Positions 48,888 through 58,290 of a stretch of 64,000 nt of DNA are shown in pieces. The first letter of the stretch is position 1. Every line of letters starts with the position of its first letter. Source of the stretch: a virus; the IMG/VR virus record IMGVR_UViG_3300045988_177049, positions 1-64,000 of that record; one strand, given 5' to 3'. Under the pieces are notes generated by a model. That model ran no database searches. It saw nothing but the letters and a program-made list of their open reading frames with translations, and had not been told where the DNA came from. The position numbers and the translations under genes were made by a program.

Positions 48888-49544
48888 ATGTCTACCATGC
48901 GTACCGTTCAATACACCCTTCACGAAACCGATGGGTCTTTGACGACCGTCGTCGCTCACTACGGCATCCGAAATGACCGCGTCAGCGTCATGGGAGAGGT
49001 CTATTACAACCGTGAAGATGACCAAACCCCGCTTGCCAACCTTGATCCCGATAAGTGCGGGCAGGTATGCGATGAGATTAAACAGGCGTTTCCGTGGCTA
49101 GAGCCTCTCATGGAACTCCATCTTGCCGACGCTTACACAGGGGCACCGATGTACGCCCTCGATAATGGGTGGTTCTGGCTTCATGAGGATGAAGCTGATG
49201 GCCCGCTCATCACCACCGTTAGCCGTCGTCGCGCAGCCAGGTACCTTCGCACGACACCGGACATGTTAGAGGACGTTCGCACCAAGAACGACCTCGAAGT
49301 TCTGATCAACACCGCACTGGCCCCGGCGTGGAAGAAACAGATTGACGCTGCATTGGCACTCTACGATCTGTCCACCGGCCATAAGCCACAGGTCAATAAA
49401 GACCTTGAGTCTCTCCAGATCATCTACACCGATGATAAGGGATGTCTCTACACCCAACCATTGAGCGATTTGTCCGACGTAGGAACCCTCGTCAATCCTG
49501 ACGAGGACACCGATCTCACCATCGTCGGTTACACAATCGCGTAA
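48888..49544 (+). CDS. Hypothetical protein
   Basis: 218-aa ORF with RBS aaggagaac. Confidence 0.45.
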   Translation: MSTMRTVQYTLHETDGSLTTVVAHYGIRNDRVSVMGEVYYNREDDQTPLANLDPDKCGQVCDEIKQAFPWLEPLMELHLADAYTGAPMYALDNGWFWLHEDEADGPLITTVSRRRAARYLRTTPDMLEDVRTKNDLEVLINTALAPAWKKQIDAALALYDLSTGHKPQVNKDLESLQIIYTDDKGCLYTQPLSDLSDVGTLVNPDEDTDLTIVGYTIA

Positions 49545-49643
49545 CCGTCTATTCGCTCATCACACCATCGATCGGTCAGTACCGCCACTGGCCGATTGAT
49601 GGCTTATTCATACACTTATTTATATTCAGAAAGGAAGGCTTTC

Positions 49644-51527
49644 ATGCCCATCCTCTTGGAAAGCATTGATACCGCAGCCGCTCAGATCAATACCGTTGCT
49701 GAGGCGGGTAAAGCCCGCACGATCAAGGCTGTCACTCCCAAATTCTTCTCGTCCTCTCTGACCGGCCAGGGCAAGAAGCAAGGCGTGCTGAACTCTTCCG
49801 TTGTCCCCGGTTTCTACCCTATGGGTCTGAGCCGTGCAACGATGGGAAGCACCGACATTCGCTATAAGGAACGTCGCACTTCGAACAACGTCACCAGCCA
49901 CATTATCCCCATCGGCACTGTCGTTCGACGCGCCTATGAGCAGGGATACGGCTATATGAAGGTTCCCGTCCCCTCTGAGGCGAACGCATTCTCCGTGCGC
50001 TTGACGAGCGATACCGACGACTTCGATATCTACGCATCCTGCCACGTACAGGGCCTCGTCATGCGCGAGGATCGTAGCGGACGAGAAATGGTCAAGGACC
50101 TTGCCGTCTCGTACCGCACGATGCTCTACGTCGTTCCGCCCGTAAAGGACGAAGACGTTGACGACCTGGAAGCTCAGATGGACACTCTGTGCGACCAGGA
50201 TCTCGCCTCTTGCGACATCGATGATCCAGACTTCATCGACGCAAGCGACGAGGACATCATGGCTTTGGACGATGAGTCTGTCGATTCACTCGTCCTGAGC
50301 GTAGACGATGACTACCGCACTCGTGCCACCCTGCTGAACATGTCGGCGTCCAACTTCCGCAACCTCTCGTATCGCATGAGTGTCGAAGGCCAAGCCTGGG
50401 CCATTGTTGACTGGAGCTATGCTCCCGTCGAAGATTCCATCGACCTACCGTGGAACGACATCCTGTGCGCCGTAGGTATCGATCCTTCGCGCCAGAACGA
50501 GTTCCGTGACACTCTGAATCAGTTCTACGCTGATTACAGCGTCTACGAGAACATTACGTACAGTGCGCAGCGGTGGACCAGCAATGGTATCGCTGAGGAC
50601 ATCCGAGACGTTGTTGCCGCTCTTGTACCCAAGACCCGCACCTACAACGACGATCAGTTGGCTCAGATGGTCTACCAGCTTCGCTACATGGAGCAGTACA
50701 GCGTTCCACTGCCTGCCTACCGCGAAGTCTACACGGCCATCAACACACTCTGTGACCCTCAGACTGCATCGCGTCTGATGAAGCAGAACATGAACCTGCT
50801 GATGAACGAGACCTTGCACGAGCTGGGATCTCACCGCGACGAACTGGAGCGTGCACCTCAGTCGATGGCAACCACTCCGATCCAAGGCCAGCTCTCACCT
50901 CAGCAGAAGGCCGCTGTGTGCTCGACTGAGCCTCTCTCCATCACTCAGGCAGGAGCGGGCGCTGGTAAGAGCACGGTGATCCTTGCTCGTATCAACCAGC
51001 TCACGCTGTGCGGGGTCAACCCCTCGGACATCACTGTGCTGTCGTTTACGAACGCGGCGGCGGACAACATCATCAAAAAGAACCCCAACGTTCGCTCGAT
51101 GACCATTGCCCGCATGATCCATGATCTCTACATGACCTACTTCCCCACCCACGAACTCAGCTCTGTTGAAACGATCGCGAACTCTCTGGGTATCTACATG
51201 CCCGGAGACGCTTTCGCGCTTCAATTCTCTCAGCGTCTTCGTCGGTTGGAAGGTCGTGATGCACAAGGTGCCTACACCTCGCTGAACAACTTCATCGAGG
51301 CACACCTTGAGCAAACCGTTGACGCTCTGAACCTCATTAAGCAAACGTCCTTGGAACTAGAGATCATCCTCGCGTACCAGACGATTGATCGGATGCCGCT
51401 GCCTTCGGGTCTGAACATCCGCCACCTCATCATCGACGAGGTACAGGACAACTCCGTCTTTGAGTTCATCTACCTGCTCCGCCTTGTGAGCAAGCTCAAG
51501 GCATCACTTTTCATCGTGGGTAAGCAT
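49644..51527 (+). CDS. UvrD/PcrA-like SF1 helicase, exon 1 (long N-terminal extension plus motifs I, Ia and II)
   Basis: RBS aaaggaagg. Motif I ITQAGAGAGKSTVI. Motif Ia VLSFTNAAA. Motif II IIDEVQDNSVFEF. The reading frame then runs into ..SLFIVG. The exon boundary is approximate to within a few nt, because a 2-nt discrepancy in my base counting could not be resolved. Confidence 0.55.
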
Positions 51528-52582
51528 TGCTCACGTTAAACCCTACTAATTGCGGGAAACTCATGTTTTCGCGATAACGACCGCGACTATTGAGAAACCA
51601 ATAGTGCAGCAGATGAGATAACGCTCATCGGATGGTAACACCGTTATCGTCAATGACAATCCGCAGCCAGCCACCCCAACGTCAAGCCGTGGGTGGAAGG
51701 TTCATCGACTATCGAACGCGCTGACACATTATCAGCAATAAGCCATGAGTAATCCCATGGCGAAGCAAGTAGAGTAGCGACCACACACGCATCATGTGGT
51801 ACGCGAAATGATGGGCATGTTTGGTATACTCTACCTAACATGAAGATATAGTCAACCAATTCACGAAACGAGGAAACTGATGCTGTCCTCACCTGACATC
51901 AACAGACGACATTCGCTCAACACATACTTTTTCGACACCATCCATAATGAAGCACAAGCTTATTGGCTTGGTTTCTTATGGGCTGATGGATCATGGTCGA
52001 AAACCGCTCCACGGTGCAGTGGCCCCAACAGGCTCACTCTTAGCCAGAAGCTCTCAGAGATTGATCATCTCCAATTGTTTCTAAACACCCTTGAAGCGGA
52101 TTACCCCATTCGACGTGTTAACAACGGATACGGACTAGCCGTCGCCGTACACATTAACAGTCGACCTTTGTGCGTAAGCCTCGAACAATTAGGTTTTGCG
52201 CGTAAAGACCAACGTGTTCATATTCCACCGATACCATCGCATTTACTACATCACTTTGTTCGTGGATACTTTGATGGGGATGGATGTCTATCTGTCTATC
52301 AACAGACAGTTGGTAATGCCGTCATCAATAAGCAGGAATGGTCCCTCACTGGACACCCCAAATTCATCGCAAACATTCGTCAGCTTATTGAGCAAAACGT
52401 TGATGTCTCTCAACGAGTGAAGATCAAGACTTATAAACGTACCGATAAAGCTGTCACTTTACGGTACGGCAAAAAGTCCGATATCTCCGCTCTCTATGAT
52501 TACTTGTACCAAGATGCCACCGTGTATCTTGACTCAAAGTATCAACGATTCGTAGAGTTCTTCACTCGTGAGAAGAACTAGG
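51528..52582 (+). mobile_element. Putative group I intron (about 1.05 kb) interrupting the helicase gene, carrying a LAGLIDADG homing-endonuclease ORF
   Basis: Helicase motif III is split as FIVG | DASQTLYEFRSA across three different reading frames, so this is not an intein. The upstream exon ends in T and the insert ends in G, as expected for a group I intron. The HEG ORF ends 1 nt before the predicted 3' splice site. Confidence 0.5.
51880..52581 (+). CDS. LAGLIDADG homing endonuclease (two-motif, single-chain)
   Basis: Motif 1 AYWLGFLWADGSW. Motif 2 VRGYFDGDGCLSV. 233 aa. RBS acgaggaaact. Confidence 0.8.
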   Translation: MLSSPDINRRHSLNTYFFDTIHNEAQAYWLGFLWADGSWSKTAPRCSGPNRLTLSQKLSEIDHLQLFLNTLEADYPIRRVNNGYGLAVAVHINSRPLCVSLEQLGFARKDQRVHIPPIPSHLLHHFVRGYFDGDGCLSVYQQTVGNAVINKQEWSLTGHPKFIANIRQLIEQNVDVSQRVKIKTYKRTDKAVTLRYGKKSDISALYDYLYQDATVYLDSKYQRFVEFFTREKN

Positions 52583-53818
52583 GATGCTTCCCAGACGCTC
52601 TACGAGTTCCGTTCGGCAAACCCGAAGGCCCTGAATGCTCTTGAGGCATCGGGTGTCTTCACCCCCTACAAGCTGGAGACCAACTATCGGTCGAACCAAG
52701 AGGTTCTGGACATGGCTAATGTTCACCTTTTGTCCGAGATCGAAGCCAACCAGCTTGCACAGATCCGCCTTCGTGCAAACTCGCTTGTTCCTGTGACCGC
52801 GCAGTCGTTCCAAGACAAGGTTCATGTCGTCCATGAGCACTACACCTCTGATGCCAAGTTCATTGGCGACCTGCCTAAGCTGCTCTCTCAGCACACCTAC
52901 ACCTATGTTCAGGACTGCCTGAGCCGTGGTGAACAGGTGGCGTTCTTGGCCTTTACCCGCCGAGAAGCGTTCGCTGTCCAAAAGCGCTTGGAAGAGATGT
53001 TCCCAGGCCGTTCCGTCATCTCGATGATCTCGGACAGGCGTCGCGCGTCGACGTTCTTCTCGGCCTTCATCAAGATGTACTGGTCTGACATCGAGGCCGT
53101 GGATCCCGCAAACGCCGCATACGTGTTTGCAAAGGAAATCATTGCACGAGGCCCCGCCAGCAATGCCCAGGCTCAACAAGCCTTGGCAAAGATGGCGAGC
53201 GAGTGGTGGACTGAATCGGGTTCGGCCATCCAGGGATGGATCTACGAGTACCAATCCGCCATCATCACCAAGGAGACCTTCTTCGATCGCTTGAAGAAGT
53301 GCATCCTTGATTACGAAATCCGGTACAACTCGATTCGCGATGCTCTCATGCACCGCAACAACGAGGAACGCAAGATTCGTAACCTGGAAACCAACGCTGA
53401 TCTCATTGTCTCCACTGTTCATGGAGTCAAGGGTCTTGAATTTGACAACGTTGTTGTCATCTACAAGGATCAGTCCGACATGAGCGAAGAAAAGAAGAGG
53501 CTCTATTACGTCGCGTTCACGCGCGCGAAGAACTCTCTGTTCGTTCTTTCTCATGGCACCACGTTGTCCGCGCGAATCCTCAGCGACTACAACCTCATCG
53601 TTGACTCGCTGACCCAGCCCGGTTCTACAGACAATGAGGACGAGGATACCGCCACCACTGTTACAGTGGTAAACGAAGATGATGTCCCCAGCGAGGAAGA
53701 TACTCCTTGCTCGGATGCCACCGATACCGATGGCTTTGCTGCTACACGTGCTCTCGTCGCCAGCATCCAGACCGACCTTCCAGGTCTGTCTGCAACTGAC
53801 GATGAGGACGACGCGTAG
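52583..53818 (+). CDS. UvrD/PcrA-like SF1 helicase, exon 2 (motifs III-VI)
   Basis: Motif III DASQTLYEFRSA. Motif IV LETNYRSNQEVLDMAN. Motifs V/VI VSTVHGVKGLEFDNVVV and YVAFTRAKNSL. Confidence 0.55.
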   Translation, partial: DASQTLYEFRSANPKALNALEASGVFTPYKLETNYRSNQEVLDMANVHLLSEIEANQLAQIRLRANSLVPVTAQSFQDKVHVVHEHYTSDAKFIGDLPKLLSQHTYTYVQDCLSRGEQVAFLAFTRREAFAVQKRLEEMFPGRSVISMISDRRRASTFFSAFIKMYWSDIEAVDPANAAYVFAKEIIARGPASNAQAQQALAKMASEWWTESGSAIQGWIYEYQSAIITKETFFDRLKKCILDYEIRYNSIRDALMHRNNEERKIRNLETNADLIVSTVHGVKGLEFDNVVVIYKDQSDMSEEKKRLYYVAFTRAKNSLFVLSHGTTLSARILSDYNLIVDSLTQPGSTDNEDEDTATTVTVVNEDDVPSEEDTPCSDATDTDGFAATRALVASIQTDLPGLSATDDEDDA

Positions 53819-53835
53819 TCATCGTCTGTAAAATT

Positions 53836-53873
53836 GCCCCATGACTCCTGCCTCGTCGTAGGAGTCATGGGGC
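53836..53873 (+). terminator. Stem-loop terminator
   Basis: gccccatgactcct ... aggagtcatggggc. Confidence 0.55.
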
Positions 53874-53923
53874 ACCAACACCACAAAGCTCTATACTACT
53901 CTCTTTTTTTGAAAGGAGCACTC

Positions 53924-54631
53924 ATGCAAGACATTCGCCGAGGCGACATCTGGTTCATTCAACCCGCACCTGTCCCAGGAGGCGGAACTGTCGGCAACGA
54001 GATGTGGTCAGGAAGGCCGGGCGTCATCGTCAGTAACGACACCTTGAACCAACACTCTGGTGTTGTTCAGGTCGTTTACCTTACGTCAAGCGACAAGCGA
54101 CGCGCGTCTGCTACACACGTGGTCGTTCATGTGAACAACCAACGTTCCATCGCCATCTGTAACCAAGTGACGAACATTGATACATCTCGTCTGACCCAAT
54201 ACATCGGACGTGTATCATCTCTTGATCTCTACAACATCCAAAACAGCATCGCCTTCGCTCTTGGTTTAGGTGGAGCTAAACCGGGTGAAGCTCTGCATAA
54301 ATGGGAAAAGCAACTATCAGCTCATGGGATTGATCTGTTCGAGCAAGAACTCAGTCTCAACGACGATATTAACTACTCTGAGCGCATCGAAGGTTTGAAG
54401 AAAACTATTCTCCAAATCGCACGTGAGCGTGACGCCCTCGCAACAGCGATCCGAGCGCACAGCGAGCACTCGTCGATGTATCAAGAGCTAAATAAAGTTT
54501 TTGGTACACCATCGACGCCGCCAATTCAACCTACCCAGAAAAAGACCAAAAAGAAAAAGAAGAAGGTGCCAAATGGAACCCACACCCACACAGCTCAGGT
54601 ACATCAAAAGAAACGCCAGAAAAGCCGCTAG
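53924..54631 (+). CDS. MazF/PemK-like endoribonuclease toxin domain fused to an about 120-aa C-terminal helical/Lys-rich extension
   Basis: N-terminal RGDIWFIQPAP..GNEMWSGRPGVIVSND..VVQVVYLTS..VVVHV..CNQVTNIDTSRL (PemK/MazF fold pattern). C-terminal coiled-coil plus KKTKKKKKKV. No upstream antitoxin gene. RBS gaaaggagca. Confidence 0.6.
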   Translation: MQDIRRGDIWFIQPAPVPGGGTVGNEMWSGRPGVIVSNDTLNQHSGVVQVVYLTSSDKRRASATHVVVHVNNQRSIAICNQVTNIDTSRLTQYIGRVSSLDLYNIQNSIAFALGLGGAKPGEALHKWEKQLSAHGIDLFEQELSLNDDINYSERIEGLKKTILQIARERDALATAIRAHSEHSSMYQELNKVFGTPSTPPIQPTQKKTKKKKKKVPNGTHTHTAQVHQKKRQKSR

Positions 54632-55073
54632 AGACGTTCTTGCCGCATATGCTGAGCGTTCTCGTATCCCTGTCAAACCTATCGCCATTGCTCGATCAAT
54701 GGGACTGAGGGTTTTAGAAGCCCCTCTGCCCGGCTACGCCTGGGGAATGATCCTCGGTAACCTCGATGGGACGGCACACATCTATTTCGACGAGAATCTC
54801 CCACCTGTGCGTGCTCGCTATGCGTGTGCGCACGAGCTTGGTCATTACGTTGCAAACAACTGTACTCTCGAACCATGTATGGGATATCAATGCGGCAGTG
54901 ACGAACATCAAGACATGGCTGAAATCTATGCCGACACCTTTGCCAAGGAACTGCTTCTTCCCCATCCTGAGATCGACGTATGTATTGAAGATGGACTGAG
55001 CATCTTTGAGATCGCACGTACATTTGAAGTACCTGTTGGTCTCATTACGTATTCGAAGAAGCAAAAACAGTGA
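54573..55073 (+). CDS. ImmA/IrrE-family zinc metallopeptidase
   Basis: HEXXH AHELGHYV with the upstream ImmA-like region (IPVKPIAIARSMGLRVLEAP). RBS aagaaggtg. It overlaps the 3' end of the MazF-like gene by about 58 nt in another frame. Confidence 0.65.
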   Translation: MEPTPTQLRYIKRNARKAARDVLAAYAERSRIPVKPIAIARSMGLRVLEAPLPGYAWGMILGNLDGTAHIYFDENLPPVRARYACAHELGHYVANNCTLEPCMGYQCGSDEHQDMAEIYADTFAKELLLPHPEIDVCIEDGLSIFEIARTFEVPVGLITYSKKQKQ

Positions 55074-55088
55074 AAGGCGGTGACCACA

Positions 55089-55370
55089 ATGGCCTCGATT
55101 TTTGATGTATCGAAGTATATTCTGGCGCATTTTGACCAGCCGATCTCCCCACGCAAGCTCCAAAAGCTGACTTACCTTTCGCAAGGCTGGTCCCTGGCTC
55201 TAACGGATAAACCTATCTTCCCTGAAGATTTTGAAGCATGGAAGCATGGACCCATTAATCGTGAGCTATTCAACGCTCTTCAAGGAATTCATTCCATCGA
55301 TGGAACGGATGGATCGTCAACACCGTCACCAGACCGAGCCAAAAGCTTTGGTCTCAGAAACAACGAGTAA
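55089..55370 (+). CDS. Panacea-domain (DUF4065, SocA-like) putative antitoxin
   Basis: YILAHFDQPISPRKLQKLTYLSQGWSLALTDKPIFPEDFEAWKHGPI matches the DUF4065/Panacea core. A GTG at 55080 is an alternative start. Confidence 0.6.
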   Translation: MASIFDVSKYILAHFDQPISPRKLQKLTYLSQGWSLALTDKPIFPEDFEAWKHGPINRELFNALQGIHSIDGTDGSSTPSPDRAKSFGLRNNE

Positions 55371-55384
55371 AGAGGACTCATACT

Positions 55385-55846
55385 ATGCGTATTCGAAACG
55401 GTATAGTTACCACGCTCCATGCGTACAGCACTGATAGTGAGTTCACTAACGTGCTTAAAGGTCGTTACATCACCAATGTGATCAACAATAACGTCATCGT
55501 CCTTGACAATGACGTGCATCTTCACATCCAAATTAACACTTCCCATACGTTCATTCAGTACATCAACGTTTGGGGTAAGCCTGATGCACGCATCAGATCC
55601 GCTTACCTTGAACCTGATGATGAAACAACAGTGAGCCTTACTTCGTCTTCGCTCGAAACTCTACAGACGTACACATTATTCGTCGACATCAACGGTGTAG
55701 AATATCCAGTCTTCAAGATCGTTCAAAACAACGAATTGTACACGCCGGATATCTTTACAATCACCGCTTATGCCAATCAAGACGTTTATGTGGAAGCATA
55801 TGTGGATCGTTACTTACGCGGAGCACAATTTCCATATCCTTCGTAA
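55385..55846 (+). CDS. Hypothetical protein (candidate toxin partner of the Panacea-domain protein)
   Basis: 153-aa ORF in a low-GC island. No recognisable motif. Confidence 0.4.
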   Translation: MRIRNGIVTTLHAYSTDSEFTNVLKGRYITNVINNNVIVLDNDVHLHIQINTSHTFIQYINVWGKPDARIRSAYLEPDDETTVSLTSSSLETLQTYTLFVDINGVEYPVFKIVQNNELYTPDIFTITAYANQDVYVEAYVDRYLRGAQFPYPS

Positions 55847-55878
55847 ACACTTTAATCACGAAAGGCTAAGAACACATC

Positions 55879-56634
55879 ATGTATAGTTCCAACATCGCTG
55901 CATGGGTTGTTAACACACTCACTGTAGCAATAGTAGTGGGAATAGCCGCACCCCTTCTCTCTATTTACACATATGGACCCCACAATTCTGGTCGCATCAC
56001 ACGTATCTGTATATATGTCATGTCCATTACCATCATCGGTGCAACCGGCGTATACGGTTATTCCTATGCTCGCTTAGACATTGTGACAAACACTTTGATC
56101 ACGCAAGATTCCAATAGACCTGTCCAAGTTGAATGGAACAATAATCTTGGACACGCCACGTATCATCCAACCGATGCTTTAGGTCGAGCAACCGGGGCGG
56201 GCGTACATTTCAACGCATGTACGCCTGTGCGAACCCAGCAAGATGAACCTGTGAATGCTGTTGGTTTGCCTCATAGCGATGAGTGGGTCAGCGCCCCTCT
56301 CATCTCATCCCAACTATGGGCTTCAACCAACGCATCGAACATCGTTCCAATGACAAAAGAGACCCAGAGTTCACTGTATAACGTCATTGAATACGATGCT
56401 CTCAAAAGATTCATGAGCAACGCAGGAGGAAATCACCCTTTCCCACTGGATGTATGTGCTCATAAATCATTTGATTTCACATACACCATCATCCCGGTAT
56501 ATGAAGGTGACGAACTGATTCCGCGAGAGTTCATCATCGACATGTTCGCATCAGATGGATATGCCAAGCACCTCGTTGTATCCAACGGTGTGCCCGGAAA
56601 AACCATTGACTATCGCACCGGAGCTATCAACTAG
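55879..56634 (+). CDS. Hypothetical membrane-anchored protein (2 N-terminal TM)
   Basis: 251 aa. TM segments AAWVVNTLTVAIVVGIAAPLLSI and ICIYVMSITIIGATGVY. Low-GC codon usage. Confidence 0.4.
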   Translation: MYSSNIAAWVVNTLTVAIVVGIAAPLLSIYTYGPHNSGRITRICIYVMSITIIGATGVYGYSYARLDIVTNTLITQDSNRPVQVEWNNNLGHATYHPTDALGRATGAGVHFNACTPVRTQQDEPVNAVGLPHSDEWVSAPLISSQLWASTNASNIVPMTKETQSSLYNVIEYDALKRFMSNAGGNHPFPLDVCAHKSFDFTYTIIPVYEGDELIPREFIIDMFASDGYAKHLVVSNGVPGKTIDYRTGAIN

Positions 56635-56669
56635 GCGCATTTCTACTATTCATCGAAAGGATATTCACC

Positions 56670-57371
56670 ATGGCTAACATTTCTTACGCAGAAGGTGTCA
56701 TCATCTTCAAAGCACCCAACGAAGCAGCACTTGACGCGGTTGTCGAAGTCTTTAACACCGCCAGCCACTTCGGTTATGACACCACGTTCAACCCCGACGA
56801 CATCCAAGTCTCATTAGGCGACAATGGTGACATTGTTGGTGTCGTGCCCTTCTACGGCTCAGGTCGCTGGACATACGCCACCAATGCTGAGCGTATGATC
56901 CCCTGGATCAACGAAAATCTCGACTCTATCGACAAGGACACTCTCGACGCTGTGACAAACGCCTGGTTCAACGTCACGCTCACCTGGCGCGAGTACGAGT
57001 TCGGCCAGAGCTTCGTGGCAAGTGGCTGCGCCTATTACCACAAGCACGAGGGCCGAGATTTCGACACCACCACAACGGTTATTGGTGATGAGTCATCCGA
57101 TGATCTCTCCGTTTCCTCAATGGAAGACTACGGCTTCGACGCCACGTTCTACACAGATTTCAGCCGCATGGGTATCGAGAACTTCATCAATTACTTCTCG
57201 TGGAACGACCCAGATGCAATCGGTGACCTAGCCGATTACTCCATTGAGCAGCTCGCAGACGCCATGCGCGGTCACGAGCACGACGTGTTCGCTTCATTGG
57301 AGTACCTGAGCGAGGACGAAGAAGGTATCAAGGACTACCGCGAGCGTATTCTCAGTCGAGTGCGCCAGTAA
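56670..57371 (+). CDS. Hypothetical acidic protein
   Basis: 233-aa ORF with RBS gaaaggatattc. Confidence 0.45.
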   Translation: MANISYAEGVIIFKAPNEAALDAVVEVFNTASHFGYDTTFNPDDIQVSLGDNGDIVGVVPFYGSGRWTYATNAERMIPWINENLDSIDKDTLDAVTNAWFNVTLTWREYEFGQSFVASGCAYYHKHEGRDFDTTTTVIGDESSDDLSVSSMEDYGFDATFYTDFSRMGIENFINYFSWNDPDAIGDLADYSIEQLADAMRGHEHDVFASLEYLSEDEEGIKDYRERILSRVRQ

Positions 57372-57387
57372 CCGCACCTATCACACA

Positions 57388-57433
57388 AAAACAATACCCC
57401 GAGCACGGTCATGTGCCCGGGGTATTGTTTTTG
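57388..57433. terminator. Bidirectional intrinsic terminator
   Basis: aaaacaataccccg ... cggggtattgtttttgcc between convergent genes. Confidence 0.6.
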
Positions 57434-57443
57434 CCGTATGACT

Positions 57444-57782
57444 CTATTCGTCTGCATCCTCACCGTGATCATCCGATGCGGTGAGCGAACGATTCAGTGT
57501 CAGTGACGCCGAAAACTTCAAAACGTCATAATCAGGCACTCGGCCCGAGCCTGACTTCGTAAACTGCACAGCATGACCATGCTTATGCAACCGATAAAAG
57601 CGCCCGAAACCTGTCAGCATGACAGAGCCACCTGATCGAACGGTTTCAATAATCTCGTCAATGAGAGCGCCGTACACAGCTCGTACCGTCGCTATATCGA
57701 CGTGCGTCCGATGAGAGACGCGATGCAAGAGCTTCGTCTTTGTCAGGCGACCATCCTCTCGATTCCTATGTGTCGAAACCAT
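57444..57782 (-). CDS. HU/IHF-family histone-like DNA-binding protein
   Basis: TKTKLLHRVSH..IATVRAVYGALIDEIIETVRSGGSVMLTGFGRF..V..SGSGRVP...VLKFS pattern of bacterial HU. Confidence 0.7.
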   Translation of the reverse strand: MVSTHRNREDGRLTKTKLLHRVSHRTHVDIATVRAVYGALIDEIIETVRSGGSVMLTGFGRFYRLHKHGHAVQFTKSGSGRVPDYDVLKFSASLTLNRSLTASDDHGEDADE

Positions 57783-57905
57783 AACTTACCCTCGTTTCAA
57801 TCCTTCCGTTAAAACTAACGATTACATTCATACACCAGTATAACATACAGTAATAGCCCCATAAAGCTGTAAGCTCCGTGGGGCTATTACAGTGCGCTTC
57901 GAGCC

Positions 57906-58241
57906 TTAGAACCCGTAGGTAGGCGAATCCTGTGCTGCATCCATCTCAGGATCGACGTTGTGAGACTGAGTGCGCGTAACAGTCGTTGTCGTCGTCTCCG
58001 TTTTCTTACTCATCGTGCCGCGCTGCTCTTCGATGTAAGCAGCTCGCATCTGTGAGGTGATACCTGTCGCGCCAATGTTGTACATGGCCGAGGCTGCACG
58101 ATTGAGCACCCCAAGCGACGGAGCACTTTGTCGCTGACGCTCAAGACGCCTCTGTCGCTCTTGGTTCCATGCATCACGATCTTCTGGCTTCACGCCAAAA
58201 AGATCACCCATCAACCCATCATCTGTTGGAAAACCGAGCAT
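57906..58241 (-). CDS. Hypothetical protein
   Basis: 111-aa ORF. C-terminus DSPTYGF. Confidence 0.4.
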   Translation of the reverse strand: MLGFPTDDGLMGDLFGVKPEDRDAWNQERQRRLERQRQSAPSLGVLNRAASAMYNIGATGITSQMRAAYIEEQRGTMSKKTETTTTTVTRTQSHNVDPEMDAAQDSPTYGF

Positions 58242-58290
58242 TGCTCGCTCCCTTCTCTTACGTTTCTTTCACTAACCACGTGTATCAATC

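Noticed and set aside
51528-52582. Intein interpretation of the LAGLIDADG insertion in the helicase
   Set aside because: The helicase exons and the endonuclease ORF are in three different reading frames with stop codons between them. An intein would be one continuous in-frame ORF.
52562-53554. 330-aa minus-strand ORF opposite helicase exon 2
   Set aside because: It is antisense to a region carrying SF1 helicase motifs III-VI.
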